The notes beneath the pieces were generated by a model. It saw only the letters and a list, made by a program, of their open reading frames with translations, searched no databases and was not told the origin of the DNA. A stretch of 64,000 nucleotides of DNA from Candidatus Latescibacterota bacterium (GTDB lineage Bacteria; Latescibacterota; UBA2968; GCA-2709665), in contig OZ242358.1 in assembly GCA_965208835.1 (NCBI GenBank), positions 3,136,001-3,200,000 of the forward strand. Reading direction: 5' to 3'. Both the position numbers and the translations under genes were made by a program. The first letter of the stretch is position 1; each line of letters begins with the position of its first letter. Positions 1-10,013 of the stretch are shown one piece after another.

Positions 1-2564
1 CCCACGTCGATGCCCTGGATATCCACGTACACCCATGCGTTCAGGCGCGCATTCTCGCTCTTGATCCCCGGCGGCCCTTTTCTGATCCGAATGTCCGCGA
101 GCTGCTGAATGGGAATCTGGGCGCCGGTGGGCGTGGGCACCAGCACCCGGCGCAGCGCCGGCAGGTTGTCACGCAATTCCCTGTCGTAGCGCAGATTAAC
201 AGGATAGCGTTCGAGACCTTCGACGGTTGTCGTTACATTCATGCCCCCGACGGCAAACATAATCACGTCCTGTACATCCCCCACCGTCAACCCATATCGC
301 GCAGCCTCCTCACGGTCGATCTCGAAGTCCAGGTAGTTTCCGCCCACAACGCGTTCGGCAAACACGCTCAGAGTACCCGGCAGATCGCGGATCACCCCTT
401 CGATCTGTTCGCCCAGGCGCTGCAAAACCTCCAGATCCTCGCCCGCGACTTTCACCCCGACCGGGGTCTTGATCCCGGTCGAAAGCATATCGATTCTTGT
501 CTTGATGGGCATCGTCCACGAGTTGGTCAGGCCGGGGAACTGGATCGCCCGATTCAATCGTTCGATCAGCTTTTCGGGTGTCATCCCCGGACGCCATTCG
601 CTCTCCGGCTTCAACGTGATCGTGGTCTCGATCATCGCAAGCGGCGCCGGATCGGTTGCGGTCTCGGCGCGCCCGATTTTTCCGAAGACGTCCTGAACTT
701 CCGGAAACGCCTTGATGATCTTGTCCGTCTGTTGCAGCAATTCACGCGCCCGGGTCACCGAGATTCCCGGCAGCGTGGTGGGCATATAGAGAAGGTCTCC
801 TTCGTAAAGGGGCGGCATGAATTCTGAACCGATCTTCTCCAGCGGAAACAGGCGATCCAGCCTCAGAAGCGCGCGATACGCAACACTGCGCGGCGCATCC
901 GAAAACCGGTCGAGCACCGTGCTCCGGAATGGAAAGAGCGTTACGAACATGACAGCCACCGCCAGGACAACCGTGGCGACCCGGTGTTTTAAGACCCAGT
1001 CGATTACCGGTCGGTAGGTCCAGATGAAGAACCGGCTGCTCGGGTTTCGCGTCTCCGGCCGGATTCGGCCGCGGACAAAAAAGCTCACCAGCACCGGTAC
1101 GAGCGTGACGGCCAGCAACGCCGCGCCGGCCATGGCGTACGTCTTCGTATAGGCCAGCGGCCTGAACAGGCGGCCCTCCTGCGCCTGAAGCGTGAACACC
1201 GGAAGGAAAGAGACCGTTATCATCAGAAGCGAATAGAACAGTGCCGGTCCCACCTCCTTCGACGCGCTGGCCACGATCTCGAGATGGCCCCGCCCTCCGT
1301 TGTCCTGCTCCAGGTGTTTGTGGGCGTTCTCGATCATCACGATCGACGCGTCGACCATAGCCCCGATGGCCACCGCGATCCCGCCCAGCGACATGATGTT
1401 GGAGCTCACTTCCTGTGTATACATCAGGCCGAAGGAAATCAGAACACCGGTAGACAGCGCGAATATCGCCACGAACGCGCTGCGAAAGTGCAACAGAAAC
1501 AAAATGCAGACGAGCGCGACCACCGCCATTTCCTCAACCAGCTTGTTTCGAAGATTGTCGATGGCGCTGCGTATGAGCGTGGACCGGTCATAGGCCGTCT
1601 TGATTTCAACGCCGTCGGGCAGGCCGGGCTTGAGCGACTCGATCTTCTCTTTGACCCGATCGATCACAGCCAGCGCGTTTTCACCGTAACGCATCACGAC
1701 GATTCCACCCACGACCTCGCCCTCGCCGTTCCATTCCGCCAGGCCCCGTCGAAGCTCGGGACCCACCTGCACGGTGGCGATATCACCAACCCTGACCGGC
1801 GTACCCCTTGAGTCGACCCCCACTGCCACATTGCGAATGTCATCCGTGGAACGCAGATACCCCAGCCCGCGGACCATAAACTCGGTTTCCCCGAATTCCA
1901 CGATGCGCCCGCCCACGTCGTTGTTGCTCCGCCGGATTGCCGTCCGGACCTTCTGCAACGGAATGTTGTAAGCCAGCAGGCGGTTGGGATCCACGGTTAC
2001 CTGGTACTGCTTCACGTACCCGCCCACTGCCGCCACCTCGGCGACTCCCTGCACGCTGCTGAGTTCGTAACGCAGATACCAGTCCTGGATGGACCGCAAC
2101 TCCGAAAGATCGTGGCCCCCCGTGCTGTCCACCAGCACGTATTCGTACACCCATCCGACCCCCGTGGCATCCGGTCCGAGCCGCGGCGAGACACCCGGGG
2201 GCAGCCGGTTCGAAACGGTGTCCAGCGCCTCCAGGACCCGGCTTCGGGCCCAGTAGATATCCGTACCATCCTCGAAGATCACGTAGACGAACGACAACCC
2301 GAAGAAAGAATATCCCCGCACAACGCCTGCCCGCGGAACGGCCAGCATCGCGGAAGTGAGCGGGTAGGTGACCTGGTCTTCTACCACGCGCGGCGCCTGT
2401 CCCTGAAAATCAGTCATGACGATCACCTGCACGTCCGACAGGTCCGGAATCGCGTCCAGGGGCGTATTCAACATCGCGTAGACGCCCCAGCCGATTGCAA
2501 AGATCGTGGCCATTATGACCAGGATACGGTTTCTGAGACTGAGTTCGATTATCTGACCAATCAT
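1..2564 (-). CDS. cusA: CusA/CzcA-family heavy-metal RND efflux permease (3' end runs off window)
   Basis: Not in ORF track because it has no stop in the window. Manual translation from ATG 2564 gives MIGQIIELSLRNR...TPLDAIPDLSDVQVIV...PRLGPDATGVGWVYEY...GSEFMPPLYEGDLLYMPTTLPG. AGGAG RBS upstream. Confidence 0.95.
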   Translation of the reverse strand, partial: MIGQIIELSLRNRILVIMATIFAIGWGVYAMLNTPLDAIPDLSDVQVIVMTDFQGQAPRVVEDQVTYPLTSAMLAVPRAGVVRGYSFFGLSFVYVIFEDGTDIYWARSRVLEALDTVSNRLPPGVSPRLGPDATGVGWVYEYVLVDSTGGHDLSELRSIQDWYLRYELSSVQGVAEVAAVGGYVKQYQVTVDPNRLLAYNIPLQKVRTAIRRSNNDVGGRIVEFGETEFMVRGLGYLRSTDDIRNVAVGVDSRGTPVRVGDIATVQVGPELRRGLAEWNGEGEVVGGIVVMRYGENALAVIDRVKEKIESLKPGLPDGVEIKTAYDRSTLIRSAIDNLRNKLVEEMAVVALVCILFLLHFRSAFVAIFALSTGVLISFGLMYTQEVSSNIMSLGGIAVAIGAMVDASIVMIENAHKHLEQDNGGRGHLEIVASASKEVGPALFYSLLMITVSFLPVFTLQAQEGRLFRPLAYTKTYAMAGAALLAVTLVPVLVSFFVRGRIRPETRNPSSRFFIWTYRPVIDWVLKHRVATVVLAVAVMFVTLFPFRSTVLDRFSDAPRSVAYRALLRLDRLFPLEKIGSEFMPPLYEGDLLYMPTTLPGISVTRARELLQQTDKIIKAFPEVQDVFGKIGRAETATDPAPLAMIETTITLKPESEWRPGMTPEKLIERLNRAIQFPGLTNSWTMPIKTRIDMLSTGIKTPVGVKVAGEDLEVLQRLGEQIEGVIRDLPGTLSVFAERVVGGNYLDFEIDREEAARYGLTVGDVQDVIMFAVGGMNVTTTVEGLERYPVNLRYDRELRDNLPALRRVLVPTPTGAQIPIQQLADIRIRKGPPGIKSENARLNAWVYVDIQGIDV

Positions 2565-2633
2565 ACGAAGAACTCCTGCTGTTGTTCCTTTCGTGAGTCA
2601 GCTTGCCTGAATTCGGCCGACCGGAAGCAGTAA

Positions 2634-2661
2634 AGACAGCGATCAGCTCTCAGCAGTCAGC
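2634..2661. repeat. Heptamer array (NNNCAGC x4) in the cusB-cusA gap
   Basis: AGACAGC GATCAGC TCTCAGC AGTCAGC. AGTCAGCTTG is also repeated at 2596-2605. Confidence 0.6.
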
Positions 2662-2827
2662 TTGAATCAAAATCTCGTTCGATTGACGTCAGCGCTGTGA
2701 GGAGTCGGGACCGGAACGGGCGCAATGCCGGAACTTTAACGAGCTCACCGCAAGAAGCACAGACAGCGCAGGCAACACAGCGGTACGGAACGACTCGCCG
2801 TGAAAATGGTGACGATCGTCAGGGACT

Positions 2828-4111
2828 CTAGTGTTGATGACCCTTGGTCCCCGCTGCCTCGTGATGCCCGCCCATGGTCCGCAACGCGGCCTTCAGGTTG
2901 CTCTCAGAGTCGATCAGAAACTGTGCCGACAGGACGATTCGCTCGCCCCCACTGAGCCCATGCGTCACCTCGTAGACGTCGTCCGACTCCAGCCCGAGTT
3001 TGACTTCGCGCGGCGCAAAACGGCCTTCCCCGAGATCCAGAATCACCACGTTTCGCTCTCCGGACCGTATTACGGCCTGCACCGGGACAACCGCGGACTC
3101 CTTCGCCATCTCGGACTTGACTTTCACCGTGGCGAACATCTCGGGCTTCAACTCCAGCTCCGGGTTGTCGAATATCATCCGTACTTTCGCGGTGCGGGTC
3201 TTTGACTCCAGGAAGGGATAGACGTAGCTCACCACCCCTTCGAATACCCGCCCGGGCGCGTAGGAGAGTACGACCTCCGCCGACTGTCCCTTCCTGATCC
3301 ATGGCAACTCGTACTCGTAGATGTCCGCATAGACCCATACTCTGGAGAGATCGGCGATGCGATAGAGGTGCTCTCCGGCCTTTATATGTGCGCCGTCGTA
3401 TACCGCCCGGTGTACAACGACGCCCTCCTGGGGTGAGTGGATCGTCATCGTACGCTTTGCCTTCCGCGTCTGTTCCAGATTGTCGATCTGCGCTTCCGCG
3501 ATATCCCAGTACATCAGACGCTGCCGCGCCGCGACCAGGAGCGCCTTCGCGCCCTCCAGTGCCTCTGAGGACGCGCCGTCCTCGAGGCGCCGGACATAAT
3601 CCAGCGCGGTGAGGTATTCCTCCTGCGCGGCCACCAGTTCAGGACTGTAGATTTCCAGAAGCGGCTGCCCTTTCTTTACCTCCTGTCCGGTGAAATCCAC
3701 AAAGAGCCCCTCCACCCAACCGGTTACCTTGGTATTCACGTCGGTCATCCGGGTCTCGTCATAATCCACGCGCCCCATCGTGCGTACGGTTCGGCTCACC
3801 GGCATCCGTTTTACCACCCCGGTTCTGACGCCCATGTTCTGAACGGTTGACGGATCGATACGGACCTCGCCAGCCTCCTCCCCGTGACCGCCGTCGTGTC
3901 CCGAGGCGCCCGCCTGGTCCATCACGAGGTCCATTCCGCAGATCGGACAGCTTGCCTGCCTGTCCGAAACCACCGTCGGATGCATCGGACACCGGTACAC
4001 GGACGGTGACGTCTCCTTGTGCGCCGGACCCTCCTCGCCGCCCAGCCCTATCCCCAATGCAATTCCGACACCCAGAGTGAGAATCGTCACAACGATATTT
4101 CTCGGATTCAT
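2828..4111 (-). CDS. cusB: CusB-family RND periplasmic adaptor with heavy-metal-binding domain
   Basis: YRCPMHP...CPICGMDL domain, YSPELVAAQEEYL, LKPEMF, FLIDSESNL. Confidence 0.93.
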   Translation of the reverse strand: MNPRNIVVTILTLGVGIALGIGLGGEEGPAHKETSPSVYRCPMHPTVVSDRQASCPICGMDLVMDQAGASGHDGGHGEEAGEVRIDPSTVQNMGVRTGVVKRMPVSRTVRTMGRVDYDETRMTDVNTKVTGWVEGLFVDFTGQEVKKGQPLLEIYSPELVAAQEEYLTALDYVRRLEDGASSEALEGAKALLVAARQRLMYWDIAEAQIDNLEQTRKAKRTMTIHSPQEGVVVHRAVYDGAHIKAGEHLYRIADLSRVWVYADIYEYELPWIRKGQSAEVVLSYAPGRVFEGVVSYVYPFLESKTRTAKVRMIFDNPELELKPEMFATVKVKSEMAKESAVVPVQAVIRSGERNVVILDLGEGRFAPREVKLGLESDDVYEVTHGLSGGERIVLSAQFLIDSESNLKAALRTMGGHHEAAGTKGHQH

Positions 4112-4207
4112 AGCTCGGCCCTTCCCTTTCGATCTGCAAGGCCTTTGATCCCGGCGCGAAACCAGGCCGCCGGTCCAACAGCCAGTTGAGAAAGCCTTTC
4201 CAGACTG

Positions 4208-5470
4208 TTAGAATACGCGTCTTCCAACCACAGCCTCCAGTTCCGCCAGTTTCCTCTCACGCTGGATTACATGATGATAGTGGTCGATCTCAAACTTAAA
4301 CAGGGTAACCTGGTTGTTCAATAGCGTGAGGAAGTCGACCTTGTCAACCTGATATCCAGCCATCGCGGATTCCAATGACTGGCGTGCCTGAGGCAGAATT
4401 GCCGTGCGGTACAGCTCCGCCTGCTTCCAGTGCCGGTCGACTTCAAGGCAGATTTCCTGCACCCGATACAGGATCTCGCGGCTGGCGTCCTCCCTTTGCG
4501 CCTCAGCCATTCTGATATTGGCCTGCGCCTCGGCGATTTGACTGTCCCGTTTCCGTCCGTTGAAAACCGGGAGGTTCATGCTCACGCCGAACGACAGAAA
4601 GTCGCTGCCACTCACGGGATCCGGTTGCACGTGGGCGCGCTGCATATAGCCCAGGCGAAACGTCAGGTCGGGCCGGCCGGACCGCCGTGCCGCCTGTTCG
4701 GTGGCCGCCCACCTGGAAATGGTATGGTCTATTTCCTTCAGTAGCGGGCGGTGCGCCAGGGCCAGCCGCTGGACGTCCTCCACCGATAGTTCGAGCGACG
4801 TCGGCGTCACGTCGCCGGGCGCACTCACGGCGGTATCCATCGGCCGATTCAAGACCCGGTTGAGCCGCGCCTCCGCAAGCCTGCGGTCCGTATTCAGCCC
4901 GATCAGTCGATCCCGGAGCGCGGAAAGCGAAACCTGGGCCTTCAGGACGTCCTGTTGAAGTCCGCGACCGACCACATATTTTTTTTCTGCGATTCGAACC
5001 AGGTCCCGGAGGAGCGCCCGGTTCCTTTCTGTTACTTCAATTGCCCGGTCCAGAAACGCCAGCGCATAGTATCCCTGCTTCACAAGATTGACGATCGTTC
5101 CGGCACGGTCGTCAAGGGTTTGTCTGGCAGCGCCGGCGGCAGATTCCGCCGCCCGCTCCTTCGCGCGCAACAGGCCTGGAAGAGGAAACCTCTGGCTGAC
5201 TGTCAACTGCTTGCCGGACATATGCGTACTGTTGAAATCGAAGTTGCTTGTCGGTACGTTCCGCAGATCCAGAGCCAGCATCGGATCTTGCAACACACCG
5301 GCCTGCGGCACCCGGGCTTCAAATGCGGCTAACCGGTGCTCAAGAACTTTCAGACCGGGATTCTTAGCGAGCGCCGAGTCGATCAGACCCTCCAGGTCAG
5401 CCGCCGCGGCGCCGGCGACCCGTGGTATGAGGAAAAAACACATCCCGATGAGTTTCACCAATCCCTTCAC
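4208..5470 (-). CDS. TolC/CusC-family outer membrane efflux protein
   Basis: Signal peptide, OEP-like helical repeats, YQVDKVDFLTLL. Located upstream of cusB, with GGAGG RBS. Confidence 0.9.
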   Translation of the reverse strand: MKGLVKLIGMCFFLIPRVAGAAAADLEGLIDSALAKNPGLKVLEHRLAAFEARVPQAGVLQDPMLALDLRNVPTSNFDFNSTHMSGKQLTVSQRFPLPGLLRAKERAAESAAGAARQTLDDRAGTIVNLVKQGYYALAFLDRAIEVTERNRALLRDLVRIAEKKYVVGRGLQQDVLKAQVSLSALRDRLIGLNTDRRLAEARLNRVLNRPMDTAVSAPGDVTPTSLELSVEDVQRLALAHRPLLKEIDHTISRWAATEQAARRSGRPDLTFRLGYMQRAHVQPDPVSGSDFLSFGVSMNLPVFNGRKRDSQIAEAQANIRMAEAQREDASREILYRVQEICLEVDRHWKQAELYRTAILPQARQSLESAMAGYQVDKVDFLTLLNNQVTLFKFEIDHYHHVIQRERKLAELEAVVGRRVF

Positions 5471-5615
5471 GACTGATCACCTCCGTGGCTGGGAAATACG
5501 GCTTCACGCGCACGAAAGAGCGCACGTCAAGCCGGAGGACACTCGTCCAGCGATTGAATTTCGGGTGATATTTACGAGGAGAAAAGAGTTATTGCACCGC
5601 GGAAGACGCGGTCAG

Positions 5616-5673
5616 CAGTCCGTTGACAAAGTCGCTCTGCAGGCGAGGCCGGATGGGCTTCTTCAACGGGCTG
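5616..5673 (-). mobile_element. MITE family B, internally deleted copy
   Basis: Reverse complement of both ends of 23205-23364 joined together. Flanks TCAG/ACAG. Confidence 0.75.
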
Positions 5674-5686
5674 ACAGGGCGGGAAA

Positions 5687-6049
5687 TCAGATCAGAAACG
5701 AGGCATTCATCAGGTACAGCGAGGATAACGAATGGGGCGGGGCCGAATGAAACCCGACCGTGCGGGTGAGGCCTGAGCCTAAAGCCCCGGCGGAACGGAA
5801 CGATTGAGGTCCGGGGTGGGAATCCGGACCGGGACAACGGGGCGTTGAGGACTGAATCGCCGAAGGCAGTTCCTGCGGGGCATCTTTAACGCTGCCACCG
5901 TTTCCGGCGCAGCAGCAGTCCGCCTCAACCGGCTGGACGTGGCACGCTTCAGCCTGAACCGACATCCCGCACAGGCACTGGATGGCGGCAAGAGCGAAGC
6001 CAATGGCCAGGCATGTAGTGAATAGGGCGCGAATCATCCTCTGCCTCAC
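5687..6049 (-). CDS. Small Cys-rich exported/membrane protein, candidate regulatory leader ORF of the cus operon
   Basis: Hydrophobic N-terminus, CLC and CCC clusters, C-terminal HSAPP...LYLMNASFLI. TTGACA at 6094-6099 upstream. Start may be ATG 6037. Confidence 0.7.
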   Translation of the reverse strand: MRQRMIRALFTTCLAIGFALAAIQCLCGMSVQAEACHVQPVEADCCCAGNGGSVKDAPQELPSAIQSSTPRCPGPDSHPGPQSFRSAGALGSGLTRTVGFHSAPPHSLSSLYLMNASFLI

Positions 6050-6184
6050 AAACGGATCCGGTCTGTCAGAATTAACGCCATCTTATATACGTTTGTCAAG
6101 GCCGGTTGTTCAGAAAAAGTGGAGCGACGCCCAATCGTCGTGACCACGGCGTGACCGCGAAGGCCGCAATAACGGGGCGACACC

Positions 6185-7357
6185 CTATCGGGCCCGCTGG
6201 AAGGACTGCCAGGCCTCGCCCGCCTCGGCGGCCTGGCGCTCCAGCTCGCCGCGCCAGCCAACAACTTCCCCGGCCTTTATCCGACGGATGTCGAAAGCGG
6301 GGTACCGGTCTTCGAGCGTATCGCCGAGCTTCTGCGTCTCCGCCCATCGGTCCCACGCCGTCTTCATCCATTCATATGGCAGGGCATCCCGCACCTCGGG
6401 ATCGAGCTGCCACGCGCTTCGCACGTCGGCCACGGACGGCTCACCCGTGAACGGCCCGGACCACCTGGACCATCCGATCGACAACGTGTTTCGTTCTCTT
6501 TCGGGTACGGTGTGGCCCGTGTGAATGTTCGCGCCGATCCGTATGAGGGCTTCGCCTGCCTTCAGTCGGACCGCGACCTGGTTCGGCAACGGGTCGACGC
6601 CGTTCCAGCTGGGTGTGTGCGGAACCCCCTTCTCCTTCATGGCCTTGGGAAGGAGGACGTCGTGCTCGTAGGGCGTGCGCCATCGATTGTGGCTGCCGGG
6701 TATGAGTTCGTGGCACTCTTCGTCGACCAGCGCAAGGAACATGCTCACCCCGTTCCGCTCGGTAATCGACCTGGCGTTGTTCGCGCGAATCTCCGCCCAG
6801 CGCTCCCGCTCCACCTCTTCCGTGTATGCTTCGGGTCCCTCGCCCCGGATCTCGCGCTGCGCGAAATAGGGCTTTCCGGTCCCCCACCACGTCGCGTCCC
6901 GGTGCCAGCTGAGGGAATGTTCCGACTCTCGCGGATTACACCACAACAGCAAACCACTAAATGTGAAATCCTCGGGGCCGAGACCGTTGCACCAGGAGTG
7001 CACGAAGTTCAGAAAATCATCCGAGCCGTGGAACTCCGCGAAACACGGTTCATTGAATGCGGGATGGACCAGACCGCGTATCGCCCACGGCTCGTCCTTC
7101 CCCGTCCGGTGGACGTAACCCCTGGAGCAGTCGATTTTGCCGTACCCGTTGACAGGTGCGCACGCCTCCGTAACCCGGCGGCCCGCTTCCCGCAGTACCG
7201 GAATCCATGGATTGTCGACAAAGTCGTTGATAATAACGAATCCGTGTTCCTCCAGGTGCGCCAGCCGCTCAGGCGTGGCGCCCGGCGCCGCCAACTCGGG
7301 CAGCGCGTCGGCGAACGCGGGCGACCTGTAGGTGGAGGATGTTGCATCTGTTTTCAT
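6185..7357 (-). CDS. Phytanoyl-CoA dioxygenase (PhyH)-family 2OG-Fe(II) enzyme
   Basis: EEHGFVII, WHRD, LIPGSH, LKAGE...IHTG...R. Confidence 0.8.
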   Translation of the reverse strand: MKTDATSSTYRSPAFADALPELAAPGATPERLAHLEEHGFVIINDFVDNPWIPVLREAGRRVTEACAPVNGYGKIDCSRGYVHRTGKDEPWAIRGLVHPAFNEPCFAEFHGSDDFLNFVHSWCNGLGPEDFTFSGLLLWCNPRESEHSLSWHRDATWWGTGKPYFAQREIRGEGPEAYTEEVERERWAEIRANNARSITERNGVSMFLALVDEECHELIPGSHNRWRTPYEHDVLLPKAMKEKGVPHTPSWNGVDPLPNQVAVRLKAGEALIRIGANIHTGHTVPERERNTLSIGWSRWSGPFTGEPSVADVRSAWQLDPEVRDALPYEWMKTAWDRWAETQKLGDTLEDRYPAFDIRRIKAGEVVGWRGELERQAAEAGEAWQSFQRAR

Positions 7358-7373
7358 TTCTTCTCCCCTTGAT

Positions 7374-7452
7374 CAGGATTTAAACCAGGATTTCCAGAAT
7401 AAAAGGATGGGCAGGACCACAGCCCGGTATTCCCTGTCATCCTGCGTATCCT
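7374..7452. repeat. CAGGAT-type ~9-nt periodic repeats with inverted ATCCT partners
   Basis: CAGGATT...CAGGATTTC CAGAATAAA AGGATGGG CAGGAC followed by CCTGTCATCCTGCGTATCCT. Confidence 0.5.
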
Positions 7453-7741
7453 TCCACGCACGTAGTCCTGGTATACGGTATGGTCGCGCCGTCGCGTTGT
7501 CAATAGCAATTTCCACGGTATCTTTGCATAGAAAGGGGAAAGCCGAAAGCGAAATCAGAGCCTTCGGATACAAAACGCTCGCCTATCGCATTTATTGTCC
7601 CTATATTTGAGTTTTACCGTCGCGGTATCGTACGTTCACGAAGCCTCTCATCCTCAACTCGCGACGGCAGCCGGCTGACGCCGCCGCCAGACAGGTTGGA
7701 AAACACGGTGCTCGGTGCGTCTTTTCCGTGAGGAACCACGT

Positions 7742-9655
7742 GTGAATCGAATCGTTCCGGCTTTCTCGTTTGTCGTCGTTACTCTTCTCGCGGTCGTACA
7801 ACCTACCGATGCGCAGATCGGCCGCGGAGAAATCGAAACCCGATTTCAGAGAGCCCTTAACGACTACACCGACGGCAACTATCGGACGGCGGAAAGAGCC
7901 TTCCAGTCCCTGGCCGAAGCCAATCCCGCGCACCGGCGTTCGTCGGTCTCCCGGCTGATGCTGGCCAAAACGCTTTACAAACTCACGAAGTACGACCTGG
8001 CGCTCGCAACGGCAGCGGGAATCTACGACGCCTTCCCGCGCAGCCGGTATCTCCCTGAAGCCGACCTGGTCATCGGCGACTGCAAATTCCGACAGGGTCT
8101 GGTATACAGAGCCGCATCCCGATACGCCCACGTATTGTCGGGAACGGGAGGCCTCCGTCTGAAGGCCAGAGCGGCGGACCGGCTGGGGCAACTTGCAGGA
8201 GCGGGGAGAATCACGGAAGGCGACGTCGCACGGCTGCAAAATGAATTCGGAAACGACACGATCGCGGAGGCCGTGGCCTACGGCCGGGCGAGGTGGCCGT
8301 CGAGACTCGCCGGGGCCGAACCCTCCAATCAGGAAATGGCCGGATTCCTGGATCGGTATCCCGACGGCATTTTCGCGGCGCTGGTACGGGAAAAAACCCC
8401 CGAAGCCGAACGCCTTCAGCCCGCCGCGGCAGGTATCCAACACAGACCTCCTGAAAAAGATATCGAAGAACCGACCGACGCGCGCTTCACCATCGGCGTG
8501 ATCGCGCCCCTGGCGAGCCCGCCGGGAAAGGACATGGTAGACGGTGTCCTGCTTGCCCGGGAACTGCATCAGCTGAATTCCGGTGAGCCGGTCGCGCTGG
8601 TCTTCAAAGACTCGGAAGGAAGCCCGGTGGGCGCGATCAAGGCGGCTCAGAGTCTTATCGAAGACCACGAAGTTCTTGCCATTATCGGCGCCCTGACCAG
8701 CGCTGAAACCCTTCCCATTGCGGCGCTGGCGGGGCCTCACGAAGTCCCGCTGATCGCGCCCACGGCCTCGGAAGACGGACTGGCGACCCTGAGTCCCTAC
8801 GTTTTTCAGATAAACGCCACGCCCGGCGCACAGGGTCGCAGGATTGCCGACTACGCGGTCCGTGAATCGGGGCTGCGTACGCTGGCGACGTTCGCGTCGC
8901 GGGACCCCTACGGGGAAAGAATCGCCAGAGAGTTCACGGCCCGTGCGGAGGAATCGGGTTCGGAAGTCATTGTACAGACGTGGTACGAACCCGGCACGAC
9001 CGACTACAAGGGCCAGTTGGAACGCATCAGGGACGCCGGACTGGCGCTCAACCCGCCTGAAATCCTGACGGACGAAATCGAATCGCTGATTCTGGGGAAC
9101 ATTCGGCTGGCGCCGCCGCCCCCTGTTGAAGTGGATCCCGATACCGTGCAGCCTCCGCCGGTGCATACGCTGGAAGGCCTGCTCATAGCCGGGGGCAAGG
9201 ACGACGTCCTGCTGATCGCGCCACAGATCGCCTTCCACCGCATTCACTCGCAATTGCTGGGCAGCGACGGCTGGAACCACCACGAAGTCGCGAGAGACTC
9301 CTATACAGACAGCGCGGTCTTTGTCGCCAAATACTCCACACGCAGCGATCTGGTCTCCGTACATGAGTTCCTGGGCGCATTCAGGCAGCGATTCAATCGC
9401 GACCAGGGCATTGCGGCTGCGCTGGGATATGACGCCATGACGGCCGTCTTCACCGCCATTGAAAGGGGCGGCACGTCTCGGAAGCGACTTCAGCACGCGC
9501 TCGAGAATCTCGGTGAAATCCCGGGCGCCACCGGTAAGATATCCTTCAGCCGGGGCAATCGGGAAAACGCCTGGATGTACCTGCTGACCAACCGCAAGGG
9601 AAAGATCAAGCTCCTCTCGCTCGGCCGCGCGGATAAAGCCGCGTCCGAACCCTAA
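7742..9655 (+). CDS. TPR plus periplasmic-binding-fold protein (LpoA-like / ABC substrate-binding family)
   Basis: Signal peptide, TPR-like N-terminus, IGVIAPL...AIIGALTS...PLIAPTAS...AALGYDA. GTG start with GAGGA RBS. Confidence 0.8.
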   Translation: MNRIVPAFSFVVVTLLAVVQPTDAQIGRGEIETRFQRALNDYTDGNYRTAERAFQSLAEANPAHRRSSVSRLMLAKTLYKLTKYDLALATAAGIYDAFPRSRYLPEADLVIGDCKFRQGLVYRAASRYAHVLSGTGGLRLKARAADRLGQLAGAGRITEGDVARLQNEFGNDTIAEAVAYGRARWPSRLAGAEPSNQEMAGFLDRYPDGIFAALVREKTPEAERLQPAAAGIQHRPPEKDIEEPTDARFTIGVIAPLASPPGKDMVDGVLLARELHQLNSGEPVALVFKDSEGSPVGAIKAAQSLIEDHEVLAIIGALTSAETLPIAALAGPHEVPLIAPTASEDGLATLSPYVFQINATPGAQGRRIADYAVRESGLRTLATFASRDPYGERIAREFTARAEESGSEVIVQTWYEPGTTDYKGQLERIRDAGLALNPPEILTDEIESLILGNIRLAPPPPVEVDPDTVQPPPVHTLEGLLIAGGKDDVLLIAPQIAFHRIHSQLLGSDGWNHHEVARDSYTDSAVFVAKYSTRSDLVSVHEFLGAFRQRFNRDQGIAAALGYDAMTAVFTAIERGGTSRKRLQHALENLGEIPGATGKISFSRGNRENAWMYLLTNRKGKIKLLSLGRADKAASEP

Positions 9656-9845
9656 CCTTGATTCGAAGGTTTTCGGGGACGTTAATTCGAAATTGTGCTT
9701 GTAAATAAAGGCGATTAGACGGCGGATTACCAGGATACACCAGGTCACTGGACGTGAAGGGAAAAAACGCCCTTCTATATGTCGATAACGCCCAGATTCG
9801 GAGGGTTTTATCGCGTCGCCGCGTTGCTGTCTTTTCGGATTGAGG
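9656..9845 (+). mobile_element. MITE family C copy 1
   Basis: Imperfect TIR CCTTGATTCG...CGGATTGAGG and perfect CTAA duplication (9652-9655, 9846-9849). Highly similar to 59513-59703. Confidence 0.85.
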
Positions 9846-10013
9846 CTAATCCCCGAAGTCGCATTTCTCCTCCGCCCCACACGAAGCGCATCCCGCTGGC
9901 ATATTGATTGCACTGGTATCGACAAGCGACGGCCGTACGCGACGGCAACGGCAGATAAATCGCTTGTTTCCGATTCTTTGTGTGCAATTACAATGTCAGG
10001 GGGACAGCCCGTG

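Noticed and set aside
7601-9925. 774-aa minus-strand ORF
   Set aside because: Antisense shadow of the LpoA-like gene. It runs through a MITE and has no recognisable motifs.
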